64,000 nucleotides of DNA from Calditrichales bacterium (GTDB lineage Bacteria; Calditrichota; Calditrichia; Calditrichales; J004), in the NCBI GenBank assembly GCA_965267575.1, contig OZ254086.1, positions 2,976,001 through 3,040,000 on the forward strand, given 5' to 3'. Made by a program: the position numbers and the translations under genes. Under the pieces are notes generated by a model. That model made no database searches, was not told the origin of the DNA, and saw only the letters and a list, made by a program, of their open reading frames with translations. Positions 19,192 through 28,177 of the stretch are shown here, piece by piece; positions within the stretch are counted from its first letter, which is position 1; every line of letters starts with the position of its first letter.

Positions 19192-19749
19192 CTAAAAAAG
19201 CCCCTGCAAAAAAATAAAAACCACAAGAGCCAGCATAAATTTCCTGAGCTTCTTCAGGGCGCCGGTTATGCGCTTTTCCACCGCTTTAACCGATATACCC
19301 AAAATGTCGGCAATCTCCTTATTCTTAAAGCCCTCAACATGGCGCATCATCAGCACCTGTTGTTGTTTGTCGCTCAGCTTTTCCAAAGCCGATTCCAGCG
19401 CTTCCTTTTCAGCAATTTCAGTTTCATTGTCCTCTTCGCTGGCCTGTTCCACAACAAATTCAAGCGGGCTGTGCATGCGAACAGACTTTTTGCGCAACAG
19501 GTCTATGGATTGATTGATGACGGAGCGGTAAAGAAAAGATTTGATGCTTTGCGTCTCGTCCAGCGTGCTGCGGTTCTGCCACATCTTGCTGAAGACATCC
19601 TGGATAATATCGAGGCTGCTTTCCTGGTCGCGTGTGCGGCGCCAGGCGAAGCGGTACAACTCCTCATAATAATGTTCATACAGGACCCGGAAAGCGACGG
19701 CATCCGATTTTTTGATGCGGGTAATCAGGTCGTTTTCGTTGATATTCAT
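19192..19749 (-). CDS. ECF RNA polymerase sigma-70 factor (FecI-like) with hydrophobic C-terminal tail
   Basis: AFRVLY...DIIQDVF..MW...SFLYR region 2; KEIADILGISVKAVEKRI region 4; start set to ATG 19749. Confidence 0.9.
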   Translation of the reverse strand: MNINENDLITRIKKSDAVAFRVLYEHYYEELYRFAWRRTRDQESSLDIIQDVFSKMWQNRSTLDETQSIKSFLYRSVINQSIDLLRKKSVRMHSPLEFVVEQASEEDNETEIAEKEALESALEKLSDKQQQVLMMRHVEGFKNKEIADILGISVKAVEKRITGALKKLRKFMLALVVFIFLQGLF

Positions 19750-19825
19750 AAGCGGCCAATCATACAAATTTTCAAAAAACGGCACAATACAGAATGCTTC
19801 GCGGGGTGCTTAAAAATTATTCAAG

Positions 19826-19853
19826 GTAGGGTTTGAATACCCCTTGTCCGTAT
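19826..19853 (+). promoter_or_regulatory. Putative ECF-sigma promoter for the DUF4397 repeat gene
   Basis: GTAGGGTTT-N11-GTCCGTAT ending 47 nt upstream of the ATG; matches the motif upstream of fecR. Confidence 0.5.
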
Positions 19854-19900
19854 CAAAGCCACAGACGATCGAAATTTAAACTAACCCCAAGGAGGTTCCC

Positions 19901-22900
19901 ATGAGAGGCTTTATTGCTTCCATTTTTACGATTGTCCTGTTGGCTTCCGCCGGCTTTTCGCAAACGGCGCGCTTGCAGGTCATTCACAACTCGGCCGATC
20001 CCGCGGCTGAAACCGTTGATGTTTATCTCTATAATAACAGCAGCGAACAGGTAGTCATCAAGCTGGATGACTTTGCTTTCCGCAGCGCGACACCGTTTGT
20101 GGATGCACCGGCCGGTGACGAGTTGAGCGCCATTTTCGCCGCTCCTGCCAGCAACGGCCCGGACGATCAGGTTATTACTACCATCGCGCTGGGTGCGCTG
20201 GCCGAAAATGAAACCTATGTGGCTGTTGCCAATGGTGTGGTTGGTGAAGGCTTTGCTGCCAATCCCGACGGTGAAAGCATCGGTTTCACAGTTTTCGCTT
20301 ATGGCGATATCCGCGAAGCGGCTGCTGACAGCATCCAGGTGGAGTTTGTAGTAATGCACGGCTCGACAGACGCGCCCGCTGTTGATGTGACGGCGCGCGG
20401 TGTTGCCAAAATTGTTGATGACGCCAAATACGGTGACGCCACCGGCTACATTGGCGTTCCGCAAGGTGAGTACCTTTTGGATGTAACGCCCGCCGATGAC
20501 GCAGACAATACGCTGGTCGGAACCTTTAAAGCCGACCTAAGCGGTCTGAACGGCGCAGCGGCATTTGTCTTTGCTTCCGGTTTTTTGAATCCTGCCGCCA
20601 ACAATGACGGGCCTGCTTTTGGCATTTTCGCCGCGCTGCCCAGTGGCGACGTGGTGGAGTTTCCGGCACAGACAACCGCCCGCCTGCAGGTGATCCATAA
20701 TTCGGCTGATCCCGCGGCTGCCACAGTAGACGTTTATCTTTACAATAACGATGCTGACGAGACGGTCATTAAGCTGGATGATTTCGCTTTTCGCAGCGCG
20801 ACTGCTTTTGTAGACGCGCCGGCGCAGGCTGACCTGAGCGCTATTTTCGCCGCTCCGTCCAGCACGGGTCCGGAAGACCAGGTGGTTACCACGGTGGCCC
20901 TCGGAAGTCTTACACCGGCTGAAACTTACATTGCCGTCGCCAACGGCATTATCGGTGAAGGCTTCGCGGCCAACCCCGACGGCAGAGAGATTGGCTTTAC
21001 CGTATTCGCATTCAATGATATCCGTGAAACAGCGGTCGATGACAGTAAGGTTGAGTTTGTCGTGCTGCACGGCGCCACAGATGCCCCCGGCGTTGATGTT
21101 ACGGCGCGCGACGTAGCTAAAATTGTTGATGATGCCGCTTATGGCGATCTCACGTCTTACATCGGCGTACCGGCGGACAGCTACCTGCTGGACATTACCC
21201 CCGCCGATGACAACAATAATACTCTGGTTGGAACCTTTAAGGCCGATTTAAGCGGTCTGCAGGGTGGTGCGGCCGTCGTGTTTGCTTCCGGTTTCCTGAG
21301 CCCGGCCGACAATAATGACGGTCCCGCTTTTGGGCTATTCGCCGCCTTACCGACAGGCGATGTGGTTGAGTTCCCGGCCGAGACAACAGCACGTCTGCAG
21401 GTGATTCACAACTCGGCTGATCCGGCTGCTGCCACGGTCGATGTTTATCTCTATAACAACGACGCCGATGAAACCGTCATCAAGCTGGATGATTTTTCGT
21501 TCCGCAGCGCGACCGCATTTGTCGATGCTCCGGCACAAGCTGATCTAAGCGCCATTTTCGCGGCCCCGTCCAGCACGGGTCCGGAAGACCAGGTGGTTAC
21601 GACCATCGCGCTGGGTAGCCTTGTGCCCGCCGAAACCTATGTGGCAATCGCCAACGGTGTAATTGGCGACGGTTTTGCTGAGAATCCCAATGGCAAGGAC
21701 ATCTCCTTTACCGTATTCGCGTTCGGCGATATGCGTGAGCAGGCTGCAAACCAGTCGGATGTGAACTTTGCCATCTTCCATGGCGCCACGGATGCACCGG
21801 CGGTGGATGTTATTGCTCGCGGCGTAACCGAACTGGCCGGTGAGGTACAGTATGGCGACATTACCGAGTACATCGCCGTGCCCGCCGCACCTTACACTAT
21901 TGATATCGCCGCTTCCGGCAGCCAGGGAACGATCGTAAAGTCCTTCGGTGTAAATCTTAGCAACCTGGGTGGCGGCGCCGCTGTTGTGTTTGCTTCAGGA
22001 TTCCTGAACCCTGCGGAAAATAACGACGGTCCGGCCTTCGGCCTGTATGCCGCGCTTCCTTCCGGTGATGTTGTAGGTTTCCCTGTGCTGGCGACGGCCC
22101 GTCTACAGATTATCCACAATGCTGCAGATCCTGCGGCCAACAGCGTGGATATCTATCTCTATAATGACAGCGGCGACAGCGTAATCGTGAAGCTGGATGA
22201 TTTTGTTTTCCAGGGCGCCACGCCTTTTATCGACGCCCCGGCCAACGCTGAACTGAGCGCTATCGTGGCCCTGCCCAGCAGCAGCGGTCCTGAAAACGGC
22301 GTTGTAACAGCCAAGTCCATCGGCGCTTTATTGGGGGGTGAGACATATATCGCCGTGGCCAATGGTGTCATCTCGCCCGGCAATTTCGAGGAAAATCCTG
22401 ATGGCCGGGACCGTGCTTTCTCGCTGCTGATCAACTCCACCGCGCGTGAACAGGCCGATTCAGCCGATGTAGACCTGCTGGTTCTGCACGGCGCAACGGA
22501 TGCCCCGACGGTTGATGTTGTGGCCCGTGGCGTAGGTGTGCTGGTCGATAACGCCGGTTACGGTGATTTCAGTAATTACATTTCCGTAAGCCCCGGCGCT
22601 TACGTGCTCGATATTACGCCAGGCAATGATAATTCCACCGTGGTTGCATCCTTTGATGCCGACCTGCGTGGTTTGGGCGGCGAGTCGCTGGTAGTAATGG
22701 CTTCCGGTTTTCTTTCGCCGGAAAATGATAATAACGGAGAAAGTTTTGGTTTGATTGCCATAACGGCTGACGGCCAGTCGATTCCGTTGAGCGTTGTCTC
22801 CTCGCTGGAAAAAGAAGGCCTTACTGTCCCGAAAAAATTCAGCCTGGAGCAGAACTATCCCAACCCGTTCAACCCGACAACGGTGATCCGCTTTGCTGTC

Positions 22901-23095
22901 CCGAAAACGCAGGAGGTAAAGCTGAATGTTTATGACATCAACGGGCGTCTGGTTGGCCGTCTGGTCAATGGTTCTTTAAACGCCGGCGAGTATGAGTTTA
23001 CCTTCGATGCTTCCGGTCTGGGCTCGGGCATTTATTTCTACCGCATCGAGGCCGGATCGTTTGTACAGACCAAGCGCATGACACTGATCAAGTAA
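19901..23095 (+). CDS. Secreted DUF4397-repeat protein with C-terminal sorting domain
   Basis: AAGGAGG RBS, signal peptide, four ~237-aa units each with ARLQ(V/I)IHN(S/A)ADPAA and HG(A/S)TDAP.VDV, C-terminal LEQNYPNPFNPTT...SGIYFYRI. Confidence 0.85.
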   Translation: MRGFIASIFTIVLLASAGFSQTARLQVIHNSADPAAETVDVYLYNNSSEQVVIKLDDFAFRSATPFVDAPAGDELSAIFAAPASNGPDDQVITTIALGALAENETYVAVANGVVGEGFAANPDGESIGFTVFAYGDIREAAADSIQVEFVVMHGSTDAPAVDVTARGVAKIVDDAKYGDATGYIGVPQGEYLLDVTPADDADNTLVGTFKADLSGLNGAAAFVFASGFLNPAANNDGPAFGIFAALPSGDVVEFPAQTTARLQVIHNSADPAAATVDVYLYNNDADETVIKLDDFAFRSATAFVDAPAQADLSAIFAAPSSTGPEDQVVTTVALGSLTPAETYIAVANGIIGEGFAANPDGREIGFTVFAFNDIRETAVDDSKVEFVVLHGATDAPGVDVTARDVAKIVDDAAYGDLTSYIGVPADSYLLDITPADDNNNTLVGTFKADLSGLQGGAAVVFASGFLSPADNNDGPAFGLFAALPTGDVVEFPAETTARLQVIHNSADPAAATVDVYLYNNDADETVIKLDDFSFRSATAFVDAPAQADLSAIFAAPSSTGPEDQVVTTIALGSLVPAETYVAIANGVIGDGFAENPNGKDISFTVFAFGDMREQAANQSDVNFAIFHGATDAPAVDVIARGVTELAGEVQYGDITEYIAVPAAPYTIDIAASGSQGTIVKSFGVNLSNLGGGAAVVFASGFLNPAENNDGPAFGLYAALPSGDVVGFPVLATARLQIIHNAADPAANSVDIYLYNDSGDSVIVKLDDFVFQGATPFIDAPANAELSAIVALPSSSGPENGVVTAKSIGALLGGETYIAVANGVISPGNFEENPDGRDRAFSLLINSTAREQADSADVDLLVLHGATDAPTVDVVARGVGVLVDNAGYGDFSNYISVSPGAYVLDITPGNDNSTVVASFDADLRGLGGESLVVMASGFLSPENDNNGESFGLIAITADGQSIPLSVVSSLEKEGLTVPKKFSLEQNYPNPFNPTTVIRFAVPKTQEVKLNVYDINGRLVGRLVNGSLNAGEYEFTFDASGLGSGIYFYRIEAGSFVQTKRMTLIK
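19964..22790 (+). repeat. Four intragenic tandem repeats, period about 711 nt
   Basis: Unit starts at 19964, 20675, 21386 and 22094 (spacings 711, 711, 708 nt); end coordinate approximate. Confidence 0.85.
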
Positions 23096-23120
23096 AAACG
23101 TAATCCTCCCCAAGCCCCCC

Positions 23121-23156
23121 AAGGCGGATGCCATCCCGACGGCATTCGCCTTTTTT
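23121..23156 (+). terminator. Rho-independent terminator
   Basis: AAGGCGGATGCC-loop-GGCATTCGCCTT followed by a T-run. Confidence 0.75.
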
Positions 23157-24468
23157 ATTTTGATTCTTTTTCTATACTACGCAGCCGGAACGACAGAAGG
23201 AAAATTATACCTACTAATGCAGCGGGTATTAGAAATGTTATCTCCTGCAGTTGGGCGTATAACAGGCTGCCGGTGATCAAGCCAATAATGCTGGCCAGGC
23301 TTCCGGCGCTTCCGGCATAGCCCTGCACGGCACCCTGGTAGGTATTACCCGCCGCCTTTGAAAGAATCGACAAAAAAGAAGGCCACATGATGCCGTTGCC
23401 CAAAGCAAAAAGCAACAAAGCCGTTAATATGGCCGGATTGTTTGGCTGTACGAAAAAAGCAAAGCCAATGCCCAGAAAAAGGCTGCCGGCTATCGCCAGT
23501 GTGCTGTCCGAAAAGCGGTCCGAAAGGCGATTGAGCAGGGGACCCTGCACGAGCACCATGCATAACCCAAGCAGTGAAAAGAATAGCCCCAACCGGAAAA
23601 GGCTCCAGCCCAGGTTTTGCACGGCATGCACGGGAAAAGCGACATAAAAAAAGTTAAAGGCCAGAAATATTGCAAAGTAAAGAAGCAGGATAAAAGCGAC
23701 GTGGTTAAGGCGCAGAATCCCGCTCAGGCCCAGCTTTTGGGCGCCCTTTAGATTGTAGCATTCTTTATGCTCCTGGCCCATTACTTTTTTGATGCTGTTG
23801 CCCAGTGGTTTTGACAAAACGCAGGGATTGGATTCCGGCAGACGAGAGGCAATTACAAATATGGCAATCAGTGAAACGACCAGCGCTACCAGGACGGGAA
23901 GGAGCTCTTCGAGTGGCGTTTCTCCAAGCACGCCGGCCAGGGCAGGGCCTAAAATAAATCCCAGGTTGGCCGATGCGGCCATTTTGCCAAAGTTGGCTTT
24001 ACGTTCCTTTTCAGTGGTGATATCGGCGAGGTAAGCGTTAGCCACGGATACATTGCCGCCGGTGATGCCATCCAGCGCGCGGGCGGCAAACAACACAATT
24101 AAAGGCAGAGAAATGGCGAAACTACCTATGCCCCCCAGATGTAAAGTATTTACGCCGGATACCGGTATCTGCAGCGCGATGACGAAAAGAATCCAGGCCA
24201 GGAATGTCCCGCCTTGGCTTAACAATAGTATTTTTTTACGTCCATAACGGTCGGACCAGTTGCCGAGCAGCGGCGCGCCGATAAACTGGAACAGCGAATA
24301 TGTTGCTCCCATGATGCCGTATGTGAGTTCGTTGCCGCCAAACTTAAGAACAAGAATAATTAGGAAGGGCAGGATGATGCTGTATCCTAATGTCCCAATG
24401 AAATTTACCAGCAGGATAGGCAAAAGACCAATGGCGGCCAGGCTTTGTGGCGGGGGTGGTTTTTTCAT
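23155..24468 (-). CDS. MFS transporter (TetA/DHA1-like)
   Basis: About 12 TM helices; GNWSDRYGRK motif A; ARALDGITGG; GFILGPALAG. Confidence 0.88.
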   Translation of the reverse strand: MKKPPPPQSLAAIGLLPILLVNFIGTLGYSIILPFLIILVLKFGGNELTYGIMGATYSLFQFIGAPLLGNWSDRYGRKKILLLSQGGTFLAWILFVIALQIPVSGVNTLHLGGIGSFAISLPLIVLFAARALDGITGGNVSVANAYLADITTEKERKANFGKMAASANLGFILGPALAGVLGETPLEELLPVLVALVVSLIAIFVIASRLPESNPCVLSKPLGNSIKKVMGQEHKECYNLKGAQKLGLSGILRLNHVAFILLLYFAIFLAFNFFYVAFPVHAVQNLGWSLFRLGLFFSLLGLCMVLVQGPLLNRLSDRFSDSTLAIAGSLFLGIGFAFFVQPNNPAILTALLLFALGNGIMWPSFLSILSKAAGNTYQGAVQGYAGSAGSLASIIGLITGSLLYAQLQEITFLIPAALVGIIFLLSFRLRSIEKESK

Positions 24469-24523
24469 ACCGGTAACAATACATATTTATGGCGCCGTAC
24501 TCAAGCAGCATGCAGCAGGCACG

Positions 24524-25762
24524 TTACGGTTCGTTGGGCAAATTAAGTGAATCCTGCGCCGTGTCGTGAAAATAGTTGCGGTAAACCTGCATAAAACCGG
24601 GCAGCATGTCGCTTACAAAGCCGGTAGGCGCGTTACTGAGGATGGCAATGGCCCAGCGGTTTTCAGGGTCCAGGGCCACGGCGCTGCTATAGCTGTTTAC
24701 ATAGCCGCCGTGATAGATAATTTTCTCTTCGCCTACTTCCATAACGCGCCAGCCCATGGCGTAGGATATCTTTTGGATGCCCGGCCAGCTGCGCCGGTAG
24801 TAGTAACGCATCGGCACGCGCACATTTGGCTTATAAAGTGAATCCAGCGTTGCCTGCCGCACGATGTCGGGGCGGTTGCCCAGCAGGGCCTGCAGCAATC
24901 CGGCCATGTCGCGGATGCTGGCGTTCATGCCGCCGGCGGGTACAGCGTTGTAGTATTTGTCGGAAATCGAAGCGGGTACCCAGTTGCTGTCGGCGAAAAC
25001 ATGGGGAAGGGCGTGGTTGCTGTTTGCCGTCATGGCCTCTTTGCTGGAAGATGCGTCATCCATGTGCAGCGGGGTAAAAAGCTTTGTGTGCAGCAGAGAA
25101 TCAAACCCTGCCGTACTCACGGAATCGATTATCTCAGCGATAAGGCTAAAGGCAACGTTCTGGTAACTGTAAATGCGCCCTGGGCTGGAGATGAGGTCGA
25201 CGTTTCTCAGTATCTGTGTTACCGTTGCCAGGTTGCGACCGTTCTCAATCACGTTGGTGTAGCTGTGGTAGGGCAGCCCGGTGGTATGGGAAAGCAGGTG
25301 GCGGATGGCAAGCGAATCGCTGTATTGTTTGTTTTTCAGACTGAAACGGGGCAGGTAGCGCAGTACTTTGTCATCCCAGCCGATGAGGGAATCCTGCACG
25401 ATCAGGCCGGTGAGCAGGGCGCTTATGCCCTTGGAAACCGAACCCAGGCGAAAGACCGTACGCACGTCGATCGGATCGGCCTTGGAGCTGCTTTGAAGGC
25501 CGTAGCCTCTCATAAATATGACGCTGGAATCGCGGATAACCACGAGCGCCGCGCCGGGTGTCCGGCTGGAGTCCATTTGGGCGCGGGCCAGCGAATCTAA
25601 ATCATTTGCAAATCCGGTGATGCGCGGATCGACATGCCCTTTTTCATTGTTCGTATCTTCGGCCGAATGAATACTGGCCAGAACAATAAATACGGCCAAA
25701 GGCAGTATCACAATCATTGCAATAAATAAGGGATGCTTAGTAGCAAAAAACTTTTTTATCAT
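24524..25762 (-). CDS. Serine hydrolase, beta-lactamase class C-like family
   Basis: FRLGSVSK (SxxK), LLSHTTGL, YSYQN (YxN), HGG; N-terminal TM. Confidence 0.85.
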   Translation of the reverse strand: MIKKFFATKHPLFIAMIVILPLAVFIVLASIHSAEDTNNEKGHVDPRITGFANDLDSLARAQMDSSRTPGAALVVIRDSSVIFMRGYGLQSSSKADPIDVRTVFRLGSVSKGISALLTGLIVQDSLIGWDDKVLRYLPRFSLKNKQYSDSLAIRHLLSHTTGLPYHSYTNVIENGRNLATVTQILRNVDLISSPGRIYSYQNVAFSLIAEIIDSVSTAGFDSLLHTKLFTPLHMDDASSSKEAMTANSNHALPHVFADSNWVPASISDKYYNAVPAGGMNASIRDMAGLLQALLGNRPDIVRQATLDSLYKPNVRVPMRYYYRRSWPGIQKISYAMGWRVMEVGEEKIIYHGGYVNSYSSAVALDPENRWAIAILSNAPTGFVSDMLPGFMQVYRNYFHDTAQDSLNLPNEP

Positions 25763-25830
25763 AAATTGTAATTCGTTTAATATAAAAGCGGAAGGAAACT
25801 TAAGGCTTAAAGAGCAAAAGTTCTAATGAT

Positions 25831-26625
25831 TTATGTGAGGTGTTTTGCATGCTGGCGGGCTTTAATCACCACCGTGTTGCTGATGCGATCGTGCACGGTT
25901 TGGCGGTTGGGGTGCCAGAAAGCTTCAATGAAACCCAGGCCCAACATGGACAAGCTGGCGCTGTAACCGGCGGCTCTGCCAAAACTGTCCCACCATGAAA
26001 GAGGTCTTCCGTCAAGACGTGAAACACGAATACGAAATAACCACTTGCCCAAAGTATAGCCTTTGAGCAGTCGCGTAAAAAACGTGAAATATCCAATAAA
26101 CAAAATGCCAAGATTGAGTGCCATAAATAGCCGGCCGAAAAGAAGTCCCGGACGAATCGTAATAACCTTCTCGTTGTAATTGATATTACTTTCTTTATTT
26201 CCGCTAAAGTCCAGATCAATGTTAAAAAGATAGTTGTCCAGTATTTTAGACAGCTTTTCGTCATCGCCTTCCTCAAGCGCCTTCTGCAACTCCGGCGAAA
26301 TATCTTCCGGTTTGCGTTCCGCATACAGCCGAATGAGCTCTTTCCATAGTTTTTCGCGATCCGTTTTTTCAGACCCGGATTGTTCTTTGCCGAATAAATG
26401 GCCTGTTGTTGTTTCGTAGATGGCGGGATAGTTGAAGTAGAGCAAAACAAACGTCAGTGTCATCATAAAAAGCATGGCGCCTATAAACCAAATAACTATG
26501 TCGACAACAAAAGCGCCGCCGCGTCTCCAGAAAGGCGCCAGCGGTATGTCTAGCATCCCCGGTTCTACGAACATAGGCTCGTCGCTTACAACTTTCCGGC
26601 GAGTTTGGTTTTTCTTTTGTCTCAT
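25831..26625 (-). CDS. RDD family membrane protein
   Basis: APFWRRGGAFVVD, GYTLGK..F.IRV, RQTVHDRISNTVV; large soluble insert between the TM segments. Confidence 0.85.
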   Translation of the reverse strand: MRQKKNQTRRKVVSDEPMFVEPGMLDIPLAPFWRRGGAFVVDIVIWFIGAMLFMMTLTFVLLYFNYPAIYETTTGHLFGKEQSGSEKTDREKLWKELIRLYAERKPEDISPELQKALEEGDDEKLSKILDNYLFNIDLDFSGNKESNINYNEKVITIRPGLLFGRLFMALNLGILFIGYFTFFTRLLKGYTLGKWLFRIRVSRLDGRPLSWWDSFGRAAGYSASLSMLGLGFIEAFWHPNRQTVHDRISNTVVIKARQHAKHLT

Positions 26626-26642
26626 AATGATGTGCGCTAAAG

Positions 26643-27986
26643 CTATTTTGTGTAAAGGACTTTTTGAGTTTTTACAATATCGCCGTTTTCTACCCGAATA
26701 AAAAATATCCCGCTGGAAATGTCGTCCGCCGGCTGCCAGGATAACTTTCCCATACGGTTTTTCGGTTCGAATAGTTTTACGCGTTGGCCTAATGTATTAT
26801 AAATTTCAATACGCGTCTCTGCAGGTGAAAGGTTGGAAAGTTCTATATTCACCGATCCGTTGAACGGGTTGGGATAAGCCTTGAAGGAAAATGCCCGCGG
26901 AACCTCAGCCGGCGGTTCTTCGAGCGCAGCAAGCAACGTTACCTGGTGAACAAAAATATCGGGATAACTGATCACAGGCTTATGGGCTTCGGATATCCCG
27001 CCGGTCTGCCAGGATTTGATCACTTCACTGTTTTCGATATCATAAAGCTTAACATTGTTGTTTTGCATGTACACGGCATATCGAAAATAGACGTCGCTGT
27101 TCAAATGCTCAGCATATATAAGCGTATCCGTGTCGATTATTTCAAAATCGCTTAAACCGTATCGAACAAGGCGCCAACCTTCAATAGCATAAATATAGGG
27201 ATGACGGTATTTCCATTTTGTTGCGTCAAAATCATAGGCCAACACTGTTTTTTGCAAAGCCAGACTGTCGTTGGAAAACGTGTAAAGTCCCAGGTTACCG
27301 TCCACGTCATTGGCCAGATAGGTGCTGTCTTGCGCTTTTTCGATTCTTTTCAGCCTAAGGTCGTTTGCCAGTAAGATTGGAGTTGTATGGGCCGAATCTA
27401 TGAGCGGCGAATCGGAAAGGTCCACCAGCGCCGGTCTGAACAACTCATCACCATTGTGCTCCTCAAAATAGCAAAGATGTTTGCCGCTCAGTTCTCCCGC
27501 TATGTGAACCAGGTTGAAGTCATTGTTGGCATAGGATTCAAAGACGGTGATGCTATCTTCGTTGGAGACGAAAGCATAGCCGGTGATATCCTCAACCAGC
27601 CAAAAACCGTTTGCTACCGGATACACGCCTGTTGTGGCATCAAAGAAAAAACCATCCAGGGCATTAAATTCGCTGTAGGTAACCGAGCTCCGGTCTGATA
27701 CTTTTACGATTTTCTGATACGAATGCCCGACAAAAAATTCGTGCTGATAGTGGTATGAGTAAACCAGGTAGGTCTCATTATCCGTCCTGAACGCATGGAT
27801 GTAATCGGATGAGGTAGTGATTTCATTGCCGTCATACCTGCTCCATTTGCAAAGTGTATCGGCGGGGTTTATTTCGTTTTCATGCACATTAAAACGGACC
27901 AGGTTGCCCTCCGTATAGTGAGTTTGGGCGTTAGAAGAGATACAACCCAGGAAGAGCATGTAAAGAATAAAGAAGGTAGATCGCAT
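26643..27986 (-). CDS. Secreted protein with C-terminal sorting domain
   Basis: Signal peptide; beta-rich body; C-terminal AYPNPFNGSV...IYNTLGQRV...SSGIFF. Confidence 0.75.
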   Translation of the reverse strand: MRSTFFILYMLFLGCISSNAQTHYTEGNLVRFNVHENEINPADTLCKWSRYDGNEITTSSDYIHAFRTDNETYLVYSYHYQHEFFVGHSYQKIVKVSDRSSVTYSEFNALDGFFFDATTGVYPVANGFWLVEDITGYAFVSNEDSITVFESYANNDFNLVHIAGELSGKHLCYFEEHNGDELFRPALVDLSDSPLIDSAHTTPILLANDLRLKRIEKAQDSTYLANDVDGNLGLYTFSNDSLALQKTVLAYDFDATKWKYRHPYIYAIEGWRLVRYGLSDFEIIDTDTLIYAEHLNSDVYFRYAVYMQNNNVKLYDIENSEVIKSWQTGGISEAHKPVISYPDIFVHQVTLLAALEEPPAEVPRAFSFKAYPNPFNGSVNIELSNLSPAETRIEIYNTLGQRVKLFEPKNRMGKLSWQPADDISSGIFFIRVENGDIVKTQKVLYTK

Positions 27987-28177
27987 AATCGTCGCCTTTC
28001 AACAAACGTTGCTGCGGGGTTGAAAGTCTATCTGCTTAAGAATATAATTAATCTGCACAAAGAAAAATAGCTTTTTGTTTTGATTTCGGAATCAACATAG
28101 TATTCCACCCATTATTTGCAAATTCAGATTTATTATTGTTATTTTCTTTTTGAATTTACCATAAAGCCAATCCACAT

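Noticed and set aside
19964..22790. Long repeats as a possible CRISPR array or mobile element
   Set aside because: They are in-frame coding repeats with synonymous divergence and no spacers.
24524..25762. Antibiotic-resistance beta-lactamase
   Set aside because: Only generic serine-hydrolase motifs are present, with HGG in place of KTG; substrate cannot be inferred.
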